Source: a virus
Length of the DNA stretch: 64,000 bases
Reading direction: 5' to 3' (one strand)
IMG/VR virus record: IMGVR_UViG_3300022752_004319
Coordinates: 1-64,000 of that record
Below are positions 10,271 to 18,956 of the stretch, in pieces. The notes beneath the pieces were generated by a model. It was not told the DNA's origin, did not search any database, and saw only the letters and a list, made by a program, of their open reading frames with translations. Numbering within the stretch: the stretch's first letter is position 1; each line of letters begins with the position of its first letter. The position numbers and the translations under genes were made by a program.

Positions 10271-10277
10271 TATTTAT
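10271..10277 (+). promoter_or_regulatory. TATTTAT putative late promoter for scaffold-capsid unit
   Basis: Follows terminator; 21 nt before ATG 10299. Confidence 0.6.
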
Positions 10278-10298
10278 ATGGAAAAATTTAATATTTCT

Positions 10299-11909
10299 AT
10301 GGCAGACAAAAAGTCATTAGTAGAGGAAGCACTTCTTCAGATGAAAAATCTTGAAGATGTTGTTACTGAAAACGCAAAAGGAATACTTGCTTCGACTATG
10401 AAGGAAGAAATCTCTGAGTTGGTAAAAGAGTCTTTGAAAAACAAGGCTAAAAATAAATTGAAAGAACAAGACGAACCAGATACTGATCCTGATGACGTGG
10501 ATATGGATCCTGATGACGTGGATATGGATCCTGATGATGACGTGGATATGGATCCTGATGATGACGTGGATATGGATCCTGATGATGACGTGGATATGGA
10601 TCCTGATGATGACGTGGATATGGATCCTGAGGTCAATATTGACATTGAAGACGATGTGGTGGAAATCCCAGACGACGCTTCAATGGAAGATGTTCTTAGT
10701 GTATTCAAAAAAATGGGGCCGTCAGATAGAATAATCGTTAAAAAAGAAGGTGATAAAATTCACCTTGACGACGAAGATGAAGATGTTGAATATATCATCT
10801 CAACTAACGAATCAATTTCAGAAGCAGACACTATGTCTGATACGGATTTAGATCAACTTATGAATGATATTTTCTCGGAAGAAATGGACGAAGAAATGGA
10901 CGAAGAAATGGATGAGGAAATGGACGAAGTTGTATATGAAATTTCGATGGACGAGGAAATGGATGAAGAAATGGATGAAGAAATGGATGAAGAAATGGAT
11001 GAAGAAATGGATGAAGAAATGGATGAAGAAATGGATGAAGAAGTAGAGGAAACTATGCATGAGTCTAAGTTTGGTATGAAACCTATTATGTTTTCTAACT
11101 GGAAATCAGGTAAAAAATTGGGTTCTAAAGCAGAAACTAAAGAATCTACTACAACAAAACCTAAAGAAAAAGAAAAGGTTAAAACTGATAAGGAAAAATC
11201 AAAAAGTCCTTTCCATAGACCAGGTGAAAAAACAGCACCTAAAGCTGAAACTAAAGCTAAAAAAACCGAAACTAAAGAAGGTATGGGTAAAATCCAACCA
11301 ACAGGTAAAGCTAAGGGTACTGGAATGAATCTTTCTCCGAAGAAATTTGAATACAAAGAAGGAAAGAAACATGACATATCAGCGGTTGAAAAAAGAATTG
11401 CTGGAGCATTCTCCAAAGGTGAAACTAAAGAGGCGGCTAGAACTCTAGGTAATGGAACAAGAAACTTTGCTCCAAGAAAAGGTCTACCAAAAATGAAAGT
11501 AATTCCTAATTCTGCAATTAAAGAAGAAGTTGAATCTTTGAGACAAAAAAATGTTGAGTATCAAAAAGCATTGAATGTTTTCAGAGAAAAACTTAATGAA
11601 GTTGCTGTTTTCAATTCAAATTTGGCTTATGCCACAAGGTTATTCACAGAACATCCTACGTCCAAACAAGAAAAGATTAACATCTTAAGAAGATTTGATG
11701 AAGTTGAGACAATTAAAGAATCTAAAAATTTGTACAACGCAGTCAAAAATGAATTAACAAATTCAAATAAAAATGTGGTTACTGAATCAATGGAAAAAAT
11801 CGAAAAAACACATTCTTCAGGATCATCACAAAATTTAATTGAATCAAAAACTTATGAAAATCCTCAGTTTATGCGAATGAAGGATATCATGCAAAAAATA
11901 AACAAATAA
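10299..11909 (+). CDS. Prohead core scaffold protein (gp22-like position), highly acidic
   Basis: Start re-placed to MADKKSLVEE (the ORF-track start lies inside the terminator); between protease and capsid gene; coiled-coil C-terminus; D/E repeats. Confidence 0.8.
   Translation: MADKKSLVEEALLQMKNLEDVVTENAKGILASTMKEEISELVKESLKNKAKNKLKEQDEPDTDPDDVDMDPDDVDMDPDDDVDMDPDDDVDMDPDDDVDMDPDDDVDMDPEVNIDIEDDVVEIPDDASMEDVLSVFKKMGPSDRIIVKKEGDKIHLDDEDEDVEYIISTNESISEADTMSDTDLDQLMNDIFSEEMDEEMDEEMDEEMDEVVYEISMDEEMDEEMDEEMDEEMDEEMDEEMDEEMDEEVEETMHESKFGMKPIMFSNWKSGKKLGSKAETKESTTTKPKEKEKVKTDKEKSKSPFHRPGEKTAPKAETKAKKTETKEGMGKIQPTGKAKGTGMNLSPKKFEYKEGKKHDISAVEKRIAGAFSKGETKEAARTLGNGTRNFAPRKGLPKMKVIPNSAIKEEVESLRQKNVEYQKALNVFREKLNEVAVFNSNLAYATRLFTEHPTSKQEKINILRRFDEVETIKESKNLYNAVKNELTNSNKNVVTESMEKIEKTHSSGSSQNLIESKTYENPQFMRMKDIMQKINK
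10485..10630 (+). repeat. Coding tandem repeat: 2x21 bp plus 4x24 bp (DPDD(D)VDM)
   Basis: gatcctgat(gat)gacgtggatatg units. Confidence 0.95.
10878..11043 (+). repeat. 12-bp coding repeat (gaagaaatggat; EEMD), 4 plus 7 copies
   Basis: Two runs separated by EVVYEISMD. Confidence 0.95.
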
Positions 11910-11930
11910 ACAAAACTAAATAAAACTAAA

Positions 11931-13793
11931 ATGGGTGCATTATTAGAAAGTGGTCTAGTTGGTAATATCGGGTTGAAACACCTTAAAGTTATCAAAGAAG
12001 ACACAATTAACAAGTGGGACAAACTTGGGTTCTTAGAAGGACTTAAAGGCCATATGAAAGAAAACGTTGCTCAATTGTATGAGAACCAAGCGTCTTTCTT
12101 GATAAACGAAGCTTCATCAACTTCAGACAGTGGTTCATTTGAAACTGTTGTATTTCCTATCGTAAGAAGGGTTTTCTCCAAACTTTTGGCGAACGATATC
12201 GTATCGGTTCAAGCTATGAACTTACCTATTGGTAAATTGTTCTACTTTGTTCCAAAGATCCAAGGTTATTCTGGTGGTACTTCACCAAACGACTTAGGTT
12301 GGTTAGGACAGAGTGGTGACCACTATGCTCCGATCGGTTCACCAGGAAACTATCCAGGTAACCAAAATGCAGGTTATACTGCTGGTGATAGTACAGGTAC
12401 TTACAATCCATACTATAAAAAAGATCTTTACGATTTATTCTATGAAGGTGATGAGGCAACTCTTAACCCTCCAGGTCTTTTTGACTATTCCAAAGGTAAA
12501 TGGACAGCAACAACAGCCACGACTTTCACAGTTGCTTGGGATGCTGGTGGATCATTAGTTGTATCAGGTTATGGTCAAAGTGATTATCGTAAAGTATTAA
12601 TCATTATGAGTGGGTTCTCGAACGCTGGTGCTGGTAAATTAATCGGACCAAATGGTAACACTATGGACACTGAAGAATTCCTTTCTGGATTAAATATCTT
12701 TGGCGCGTATACTAACCCAACTACATCAAGTCAAGCTCCGGGTGCTGGTAACCCATACCTTTTCAGAGTTGTAACTCAGAAATATGGTAAAGGTATCGTT
12801 CAATACGGATCACAAACAAACACAACATGGCCAATCGGTAATAACTCTGGTGGTGCATACAATAATGTATGTGACGCTAACGGTTTCATTTACTTAGAAA
12901 TTGATTTACAACAACCAGTTTGTATTTCATGTGGACAAAGTACTCCTGATGGGTATACAGGTTCAACTTTTGCGTCAACAGGTAGTAGTAACAATGCTTT
13001 CATTGCTATTTACAGAGTGTACAAAGAACTTGAATTTGAAGATCAGATCGGTGAGGTTTCTTTCGATTTGGAATCTGTTACAGTTTCTGTTACAGAAAGA
13101 AAATTGAGAGCACAATGGTCTCCTGAACTTGCTCAAGACGTTTCAGCATTCCACAACATCGATGCAGAAGCTGAGTTAACAGCTCTTCTTTCTGAACAAG
13201 TTGCGGCTGAAATCGACAGAGAAATTTTGAGAGATTTGAGAAAAGGTGCTGCATGGAACTTGAGATGGGATTACAACGGTTGGAAGAGATTAGCTTCTAC
13301 TGGTACAACTCCTTACACTCAAAAGGACTGGAATCAAACACTTATCACTGCTATCAATCAGTTGTCGGCACAAATTCACAAGTCGACATTAAGAGGTGGT
13401 GCTAACTGGATTGTTTGTTCTTCGGAAATTTCAGCGATCTTCGATGATTTGGAATATTTCCACGTATCAAACGCGGCTCCTGAACAAGATCAATACAATA
13501 TGGGTATTGAGAGAATTGGTACACTATCTGGTAGATATCAGGTTTATAGGGATCCTTACTTCCCACCGAACCAACTTATCATCGGACACAAAGGTACGTC
13601 ATTGTTAGATACAGGTTACATTTACGCTCCGTATGTACCTCTACAATTGACACCTACAATGTACAATCCATTCAACTTTACACCTATCAAAGGTATAATG
13701 ACAAGATACGCTAAGAAAATGGTTAACAACCGTTTCTACGGACGTGTCACATGTGATGGTATTCGTACTTTCGATTTGAGAGAATTGCGTTAA
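11931..13793 (+). CDS. Major capsid protein (T4 gp23-like)
   Basis: VSVQAMNLP, RKLRAQWSPELAQD, AFHNIDAEAEL, EIDREI, YAPYVPL, GIMTRYA. Confidence 0.96.
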   Translation: MGALLESGLVGNIGLKHLKVIKEDTINKWDKLGFLEGLKGHMKENVAQLYENQASFLINEASSTSDSGSFETVVFPIVRRVFSKLLANDIVSVQAMNLPIGKLFYFVPKIQGYSGGTSPNDLGWLGQSGDHYAPIGSPGNYPGNQNAGYTAGDSTGTYNPYYKKDLYDLFYEGDEATLNPPGLFDYSKGKWTATTATTFTVAWDAGGSLVVSGYGQSDYRKVLIIMSGFSNAGAGKLIGPNGNTMDTEEFLSGLNIFGAYTNPTTSSQAPGAGNPYLFRVVTQKYGKGIVQYGSQTNTTWPIGNNSGGAYNNVCDANGFIYLEIDLQQPVCISCGQSTPDGYTGSTFASTGSSNNAFIAIYRVYKELEFEDQIGEVSFDLESVTVSVTERKLRAQWSPELAQDVSAFHNIDAEAELTALLSEQVAAEIDREILRDLRKGAAWNLRWDYNGWKRLASTGTTPYTQKDWNQTLITAINQLSAQIHKSTLRGGANWIVCSSEISAIFDDLEYFHVSNAAPEQDQYNMGIERIGTLSGRYQVYRDPYFPPNQLIIGHKGTSLLDTGYIYAPYVPLQLTPTMYNPFNFTPIKGIMTRYAKKMVNNRFYGRVTCDGIRTFDLRELR

Positions 13794-13811
13794 TTTTCTC
13801 AATGGTAATTG

Positions 13812-13844
13812 AAAAAAGGGACAAGTAATTGTCCCTTTTTTTTT
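13812..13844. terminator. Bidirectional intrinsic terminator after capsid gene
   Basis: AAAAAAGGGACAA-gtaa-TTGTCCCTTTTTTTTT between convergent genes. Confidence 0.9.
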
Positions 13845-13849
13845 GTATA

Positions 13850-14080
13850 TTATTTTGGAGAGGATAGGATTAAAATCCTCAATGATTTTGAAATTACTTC
13901 ACTTTCTCTGAGTGAAAAAACACCATTCATATGAGCATAATTTAATGCTTGTTGAATACAATACGCCGCTTGAGCTGAATTAATATCATCAATGAACTTT
14001 GAGAGATTTTCTTCAGAATCATAATTTATTACCCCAAATAAAGTTCCCAAAATTTTAAGTTTTTCCTGTTCATTTTCCAT
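13850..14080 (-). CDS. Hypothetical protein (76 aa)
   Basis: Fills gap, converges on terminator; GVFSLRESEVISKSLR. Confidence 0.65.
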   Translation of the reverse strand: MENEQEKLKILGTLFGVINYDSEENLSKFIDDINSAQAAYCIQQALNYAHMNGVFSLRESEVISKSLRILILSSPK

Positions 14081-14114
14081 ATTGAATGTATTTACATTAA
14101 GGTAGTAAAAAAAA

Positions 14115-14693
14115 ATGAATAATCAACTTAAGGAAGATTTAGCCGTTTGGTTTGGAACCAAAAAAAAGAAGAAAGGTAGTAAAGAACCACAAGGGCCTTG
14201 GGTTAACATTTGCCGTAAAAAAGATGGTGGTGGACATCCACCATGTGGGAGAGGTGACACGGATAAAGGTGCATATCCGAAATGTAGGGCTAAGAGTGTT
14301 GCATCAAGGATGACAGACGCACAAAAGAAAGCGGCTTGTCAACAAAAAAGAACTGCAGAAAAAAAAGACACACAATCAGGTAAAGGTCAAAAACCTGTGT
14401 ATACATCATATAAACCTAAAAAAACCAAAAAAAACGAGGCTATGAGAGCCATTATTAAAAATCTTCTGCAGGAAACAATTAATCGAAAACAAATGCTCGA
14501 ACTAGGGACATTAGTAGAATTGGAACACACTAAAAATCCAAAAAGGGCAAAAGAAATTGCCAAGGATCATTTAGAACAAAATTCCAAATACTATTGTCTA
14601 ATGTTCAGAATAGGACTAATTGATGAAAAAGATGCCAAAAAAATGGCAAAAGAGATTTGTCCTACGATTCGAGAAAATGAAGAATACCTCTAA
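14115..14693 (+). CDS. Basic Cys-rich protein fused to DUF5661-like domain
   Basis: WVNICRKK...PPCGR...YPKCR N-domain; LELGTLVELEHT...EIAKDHL...YY C-domain. Confidence 0.65.
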   Translation: MNNQLKEDLAVWFGTKKKKKGSKEPQGPWVNICRKKDGGGHPPCGRGDTDKGAYPKCRAKSVASRMTDAQKKAACQQKRTAEKKDTQSGKGQKPVYTSYKPKKTKKNEAMRAIIKNLLQETINRKQMLELGTLVELEHTKNPKRAKEIAKDHLEQNSKYYCLMFRIGLIDEKDAKKMAKEICPTIRENEEYL

Positions 14694-15066
14694 GGGAATA
14701 TTTAATATTCTGGGTAATCTTTTTTTCCATCAGAGATCTTTTTAATTCAATTTTTTGGTTGAATTTTTCAATTAATTTTTGGTGGAGAAATTCATTTAAG
14801 TAAACGTTGTAAGCACAATGGTCATTTACAATGTTTACATTGACTGAGTCAATTGTAATAAACAAGTTTTTATCATCATTTTTGATGTACCGTTTGTTTG
14901 TAATTGGTGCCATTAAAAGCTCACTTGTATCATCTTCAATTAAATTTATACAAATTTTAAATGCAATCATCTCATATCTTGATTGCATTTTTGGTCTCAA
15001 GTACCTAAGAGTTTCGATGTACTTTTTTTTGAAAAATCGTTTGACTTCTAAATAGATTTTTTTCAT
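14662..15066 (-). CDS. Hypothetical protein (134 aa)
   Basis: Start re-placed to ATG 15066 (MKKIYLEV); the GTG at 15084 overlaps the promoter -7 element. Confidence 0.65.
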   Translation of the reverse strand: MKKIYLEVKRFFKKKYIETLRYLRPKMQSRYEMIAFKICINLIEDDTSELLMAPITNKRYIKNDDKNLFITIDSVNVNIVNDHCAYNVYLNEFLHQKLIEKFNQKIELKRSLMEKKITQNIKYSLRGILHFLES

Positions 15067-15083
15067 GGTCTCAGTTTGTGTCA

Positions 15084-15115
15084 CAAATATAAAGTGAATA
15101 TTTCAAAAAACCAAA
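15084..15115 (-). promoter_or_regulatory. Bacteroidota sigma-A-type promoter TTTG-N20-TATATTTG
   Basis: Matches the -33 TTTG / -7 TAnnTTTG consensus with a 20-nt spacer, in the intergenic gap. Confidence 0.7.
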
Positions 15116-15745
15116 TCAACAATAAGGTGGTGAACATCTTTTTTTACCATCCAATCCTTTAATTTTTCCTTTACAAACTTGAACACCGTAACCCGAACTA
15201 TAAGCACTAGGGTAGACATCAAATTTTGCTTTAGCAGCTGCTTTACCACGAGCACATAATTTAGTTCCAGTTTTTTTACGACCCTCTTGAACCTGAAGTT
15301 GGTTTGATTTAGATTTATTTTCCAAATATTTGATATACATCTCTAAGTCATTCATTCCAAAATAATCAACATCATTTTCACTGAACCAAGCTAATACATC
15401 TTTCCAATTAATTTTTTGGTTTATATTTTTCAAACATTCAACTTCACCCCCCATATTAGAAAAAGTCGATTGTTCTTGCATCATATTAGTTTGATCATTC
15501 AAATTATTTTTCATAAAATCATAAACTTGATCAATTGACTCGGTTGATGATGCAATATGATCTTGAGCCCAATCATGACCATTATCCAATAATTGTTCAA
15601 CTTGATTTTTATCATATTTCAATAATTCACTTGCTTGGTCTCTAATTTGTTCCAAGTTAGAGAAAAACATATATCTATCCTCTTGTTCAGATAGAATTTT
15701 AGATAGTTTTTCGTATTGTTCTTTAGTTAAAATAAGTTTTTTCAT
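15116..15745 (-). CDS. Hypothetical probable head-internal protein (209 aa)
   Basis: MKKLILTKEQ...LSEQ leader; basic Cys C-domain KLCARGK...YPSAY...CSPPYC. Confidence 0.7.
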   Translation of the reverse strand: MKKLILTKEQYEKLSKILSEQEDRYMFFSNLEQIRDQASELLKYDKNQVEQLLDNGHDWAQDHIASSTESIDQVYDFMKNNLNDQTNMMQEQSTFSNMGGEVECLKNINQKINWKDVLAWFSENDVDYFGMNDLEMYIKYLENKSKSNQLQVQEGRKKTGTKLCARGKAAAKAKFDVYPSAYSSGYGVQVCKGKIKGLDGKKRCSPPYC

Positions 15746-17223
15746 TTTTCATTGACGATTTGAAAAGTTAATTGTCTTTTATAAGTATCTTTTTGTCCAC
15801 TAGTATTCACTTTAATATCTACATAATATTCATTAGGAATTTTATCTCTAGTATCAAAAATAAAATAGTATTCATTTGGTGTTCTGTTAATTGGTGTCCA
15901 TCCCTGAACTTCAACTTCCGTTTGGCCTTCCCTCACATATACTCTGTATTGAGCCTCAATGTTTTGTAAAACAAACGCACTTGTGTAAGCTTGTTTTATC
16001 ACAACCATTACTTTACGAATGTCTGTGTTTACGATTTTTTCATTTTGTTTTATACCACTAAAATCAAAACCATATAAAAGTGGGTCTTTTGAAACACTTC
16101 CGATTTGATAAAAAGCTGAAGAAGGTTGTAGTACAAATTGATTTTCAATGTCATCAAGATTATTTCCTTGAGCGATAATATTTGTCCACTTGTCGGTAAA
16201 TTGACACGGTGTATTATATCCTGATAATGGTGGTATTGTGACTTCATAAACCCCCCTACTAATAAGACAAGTTGTAAGACCTGTGTAACCCGATATTGGT
16301 TCATCATCTGGATCTAAGATATCCACGATTGGGTTTTGATCTAAGTTTAGATAATCACCATTTGCAAAAATGTAGAGATACAATTTATTGGTTCTACCTT
16401 GTACAAAGGTAACTCTATTATCTTGAATTAAATCATCAAATGTTGTTTGTAGAAATGGTTGATAGAAAGTTTGCGTGTGTCTTGTGAAAAATCCCACAGA
16501 ATACGTTACGGTGAGCCCTGTGATGTTTTCTATTTGGGGGACATACGCAATACCCCATCCTGTAGAACCTGTCGTAGAACCCGTTAAAATCGAATTTATT
16601 TCGTGGGTCATATCAAAGTTTATATCTTCATTTCCAAATTCAAAATGTTGTGTATCAACGATTGTAAGTGCTGAGTAGTTAAGTCCAGTATTTCCACTGC
16701 TTGTGTTATTATTACTGTATATTCCCGGATATGACCAATTTGTAATTGTTGTTGTTTGATACCAGTTTGATGGTCTTGTAGAGAAGGCTTTATTAAAACC
16801 CCAACTATCCAGTGCAGGTGTATCAACGTAATCATATCCAACACCTTCGTCCCAAGTTTGTGAATTACCTGTGGAGCCCAATGTTTTTGGAATACGGAAT
16901 AATATTAAATCAAAAGATGTTGCTCGAATTGATCCATCCGAAGCTTCGGTATTAATAAGATCTATATCAAAACTTGAAGTGTTTGTCATCTTGAGTGTGT
17001 GTGTCATTGCTGACGTACACCCAGTTGATATGGTACCAGATGCAATATTTTCTATTAAGGGTGTTAGATCTAGATCAAAAATAAATCGTGTGAAACCGTT
17101 TGGTGCCGTTGTTTGCAGACTTGTACCATAAAATAATTGCATTACAGGATTACGACCCGTATTTACAAAACTATTTTTTTGTATGGTGTTATTTTTTGAA
17201 AAGTAGGAACGAAAAATTGACAT
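15742..17223 (-). CDS. Putative virion structural protein (493 aa, beta-rich)
   Basis: T/S/G-rich; WDEGVGYDY and FFTRHTQTFYQPFL blocks; next to the spike gene. Confidence 0.6.
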   Translation of the reverse strand: MSIFRSYFSKNNTIQKNSFVNTGRNPVMQLFYGTSLQTTAPNGFTRFIFDLDLTPLIENIASGTISTGCTSAMTHTLKMTNTSSFDIDLINTEASDGSIRATSFDLILFRIPKTLGSTGNSQTWDEGVGYDYVDTPALDSWGFNKAFSTRPSNWYQTTTITNWSYPGIYSNNNTSSGNTGLNYSALTIVDTQHFEFGNEDINFDMTHEINSILTGSTTGSTGWGIAYVPQIENITGLTVTYSVGFFTRHTQTFYQPFLQTTFDDLIQDNRVTFVQGRTNKLYLYIFANGDYLNLDQNPIVDILDPDDEPISGYTGLTTCLISRGVYEVTIPPLSGYNTPCQFTDKWTNIIAQGNNLDDIENQFVLQPSSAFYQIGSVSKDPLLYGFDFSGIKQNEKIVNTDIRKVMVVIKQAYTSAFVLQNIEAQYRVYVREGQTEVEVQGWTPINRTPNEYYFIFDTRDKIPNEYYVDIKVNTSGQKDTYKRQLTFQIVNEK

Positions 17224-17237
17224 TCATAAATTTTATT

Positions 17238-17244
17238 ATAAATA
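17238..17244 (-). promoter_or_regulatory. TATTTAT putative late-promoter motif
   Basis: 14 nt before ATG at 17223. Confidence 0.55.
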
Positions 17245-18741
17245 TCAATTTATTCGGATATTTTCATTTAGAGCTCTAAATCTCCAAGGAAAAGAAAATA
17301 AATCTGATTTTTTATCTCCAGCCCATGTAAGTGAAGATGGGGGTAAATTAGCGTGTGGATGTACGTGGTTTTGTAAAAAACTTGATATTTTTTCCAAATA
17401 ATCAAACAATATGTCCCCTCTAATCATAGCATATGTGTTTGGTATCACATTTTCTTCGAGTTGTTGTTGTGAAATACCCATCATTGTATTTGGGTTTGGA
17501 GATAATTTGGGGTCAAATGTAATATTTCCTGTTTTGTGTGACATCATAACTAACGTGTCTGCTGCACTCATCATAAATGTCCCAAAAGCACTTTCGACTT
17601 GTTTTGGTGTGATAGTCTCAACTTGTACTTCACTAGGTTTACCAATTGTACCATTAGAACTAACTAAACCAAAATTATAACTATTGGGCCCAGTACCAGC
17701 ATTTAAAGTGATACCTCCAATAAATTTAGCTGCGTTGGAAAAGATAACAGGATCCCCAATATCTGGATTTCCTGGTTGAAGTAATTCACGGATAGTTTGA
17801 CTTGGTCTGTAAACAAACGGAAATCTTTCATTCCCCAAGGTGGCTCCGTTTGGAAAAAAACCACCGTTGATTCTATTTATAAATACATTTATAAATTGAA
17901 TAGCATTTTCGATTGTAAGTGCTTGAAATGGTTGATTAAAAACCAAAAACCTCAAATCTGTTAAATCACTATTATAACTTATTTTATCTGTAGTAGTAGC
18001 TTCGTTTTGTTTTAATTTATACAAAATAACGTCACCAGTAAAAGAATTTTGTGTATTTTCTAAATTATAAACATTCCATTCTATTAAATAATTAACTTGT
18101 TTGTTTAGTGTATTAAACGTTAACAAATCTTGAGATTTACCAGGAACAATTCTACTATCAAAACTAGAAACCTGAATAAAAGCTTTTTTCTCATTTGCAA
18201 CAGGAAATTTATTCACCTTTAAATCAAATGTTTTTCCAGCTCTTATCAGAACACTTTTTTCTTTTACAATAATATCGGAAGTTCCACGACCCAAAACAGA
18301 TACGTCATCTAATTCAGGAAAAACTCCAAATGTAGTTGTTGGTTTTTTTAATTGTCCGTTATTATTTTTTAGTGCTAAATTTTGTTTTATACGGTATCCT
18401 AAGGATGTATCTTTGTTTGCTGCTTGCGCATTCTCAAATGGAAAGGTCATTGGACTAGAATAAGCTCCCTGAACATAATATGCGTCCTGGTACCGTCTAT
18501 CACTATTTTGTAAAATGACTGAAACTCTTTCATTCACTAGAGGTACTTGTGATAAAAACATCGGTAAAAGAGGTAAAACAACAAAAGGATCTTTTTCAGT
18601 AAATTCGTCCTTACCTTCTTGAAAGTTATAACCTTTCAAAACAGATTCTATATTTTGATCAAGTGGATATGCTCTTATCCTACCAAGCATCATAGGATCC
18701 TCGTTATTTACTACGGTTGCTGGAAATAATAATTTACTCAT
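17245..18741 (-). CDS. Baseplate hub / central spike protein (gp5/gpV-like)
   Basis: N-terminal OB-fold signature VVNNEDPMMLGRIRA; C-terminal NHVHPH metal-binding tip motif. Confidence 0.7.
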   Translation of the reverse strand: MSKLLFPATVVNNEDPMMLGRIRAYPLDQNIESVLKGYNFQEGKDEFTEKDPFVVLPLLPMFLSQVPLVNERVSVILQNSDRRYQDAYYVQGAYSSPMTFPFENAQAANKDTSLGYRIKQNLALKNNNGQLKKPTTTFGVFPELDDVSVLGRGTSDIIVKEKSVLIRAGKTFDLKVNKFPVANEKKAFIQVSSFDSRIVPGKSQDLLTFNTLNKQVNYLIEWNVYNLENTQNSFTGDVILYKLKQNEATTTDKISYNSDLTDLRFLVFNQPFQALTIENAIQFINVFINRINGGFFPNGATLGNERFPFVYRPSQTIRELLQPGNPDIGDPVIFSNAAKFIGGITLNAGTGPNSYNFGLVSSNGTIGKPSEVQVETITPKQVESAFGTFMMSAADTLVMMSHKTGNITFDPKLSPNPNTMMGISQQQLEENVIPNTYAMIRGDILFDYLEKISSFLQNHVHPHANLPPSSLTWAGDKKSDLFSFPWRFRALNENIRIN

Positions 18742-18955
18742 AGTTATTTCTCAAATTATACTCATTTAAAACCTTATTATAAAGATTTTCTACATTATCC
18801 AAATGTTGAGATAAATTAATAATCATTTGTTTTGTCTCCTCAAAATCCTCAGATAGGAAGTCTAGTGCTTGAATTAATTCTTGATTACCACTAGATTTTA
18901 TTTCAGTGATAATACTATTTAATTTCTCAATATCTATCTTCGATGATTTTATCAT
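18734..18955 (-). CDS. Small coiled-coil hypothetical protein
   Basis: 73-aa ORF coupled to neighbours. Confidence 0.65.
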   Translation of the reverse strand: MIKSSKIDIEKLNSIITEIKSSGNQELIQALDFLSEDFEETKQMIINLSQHLDNVENLYNKVLNEYNLRNNYE

Positions 18956-18956
18956 A

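Noticed and set aside
10197-10298. ORF-track N-terminal extension of the scaffold
   Set aside because: Overlaps the terminator and putative promoter; ATG 10299 fits better. Similar over-extensions were corrected at 1069, 15084, 25041, 36068, 39372, 50982 and 52517.
10337-11416. Alternative-frame and antisense ORFs (poly-MTWIWIL, IHFF, KKWM, SSIS)
   Set aside because: Shadows of the stop-free coding repeats in the scaffold gene.
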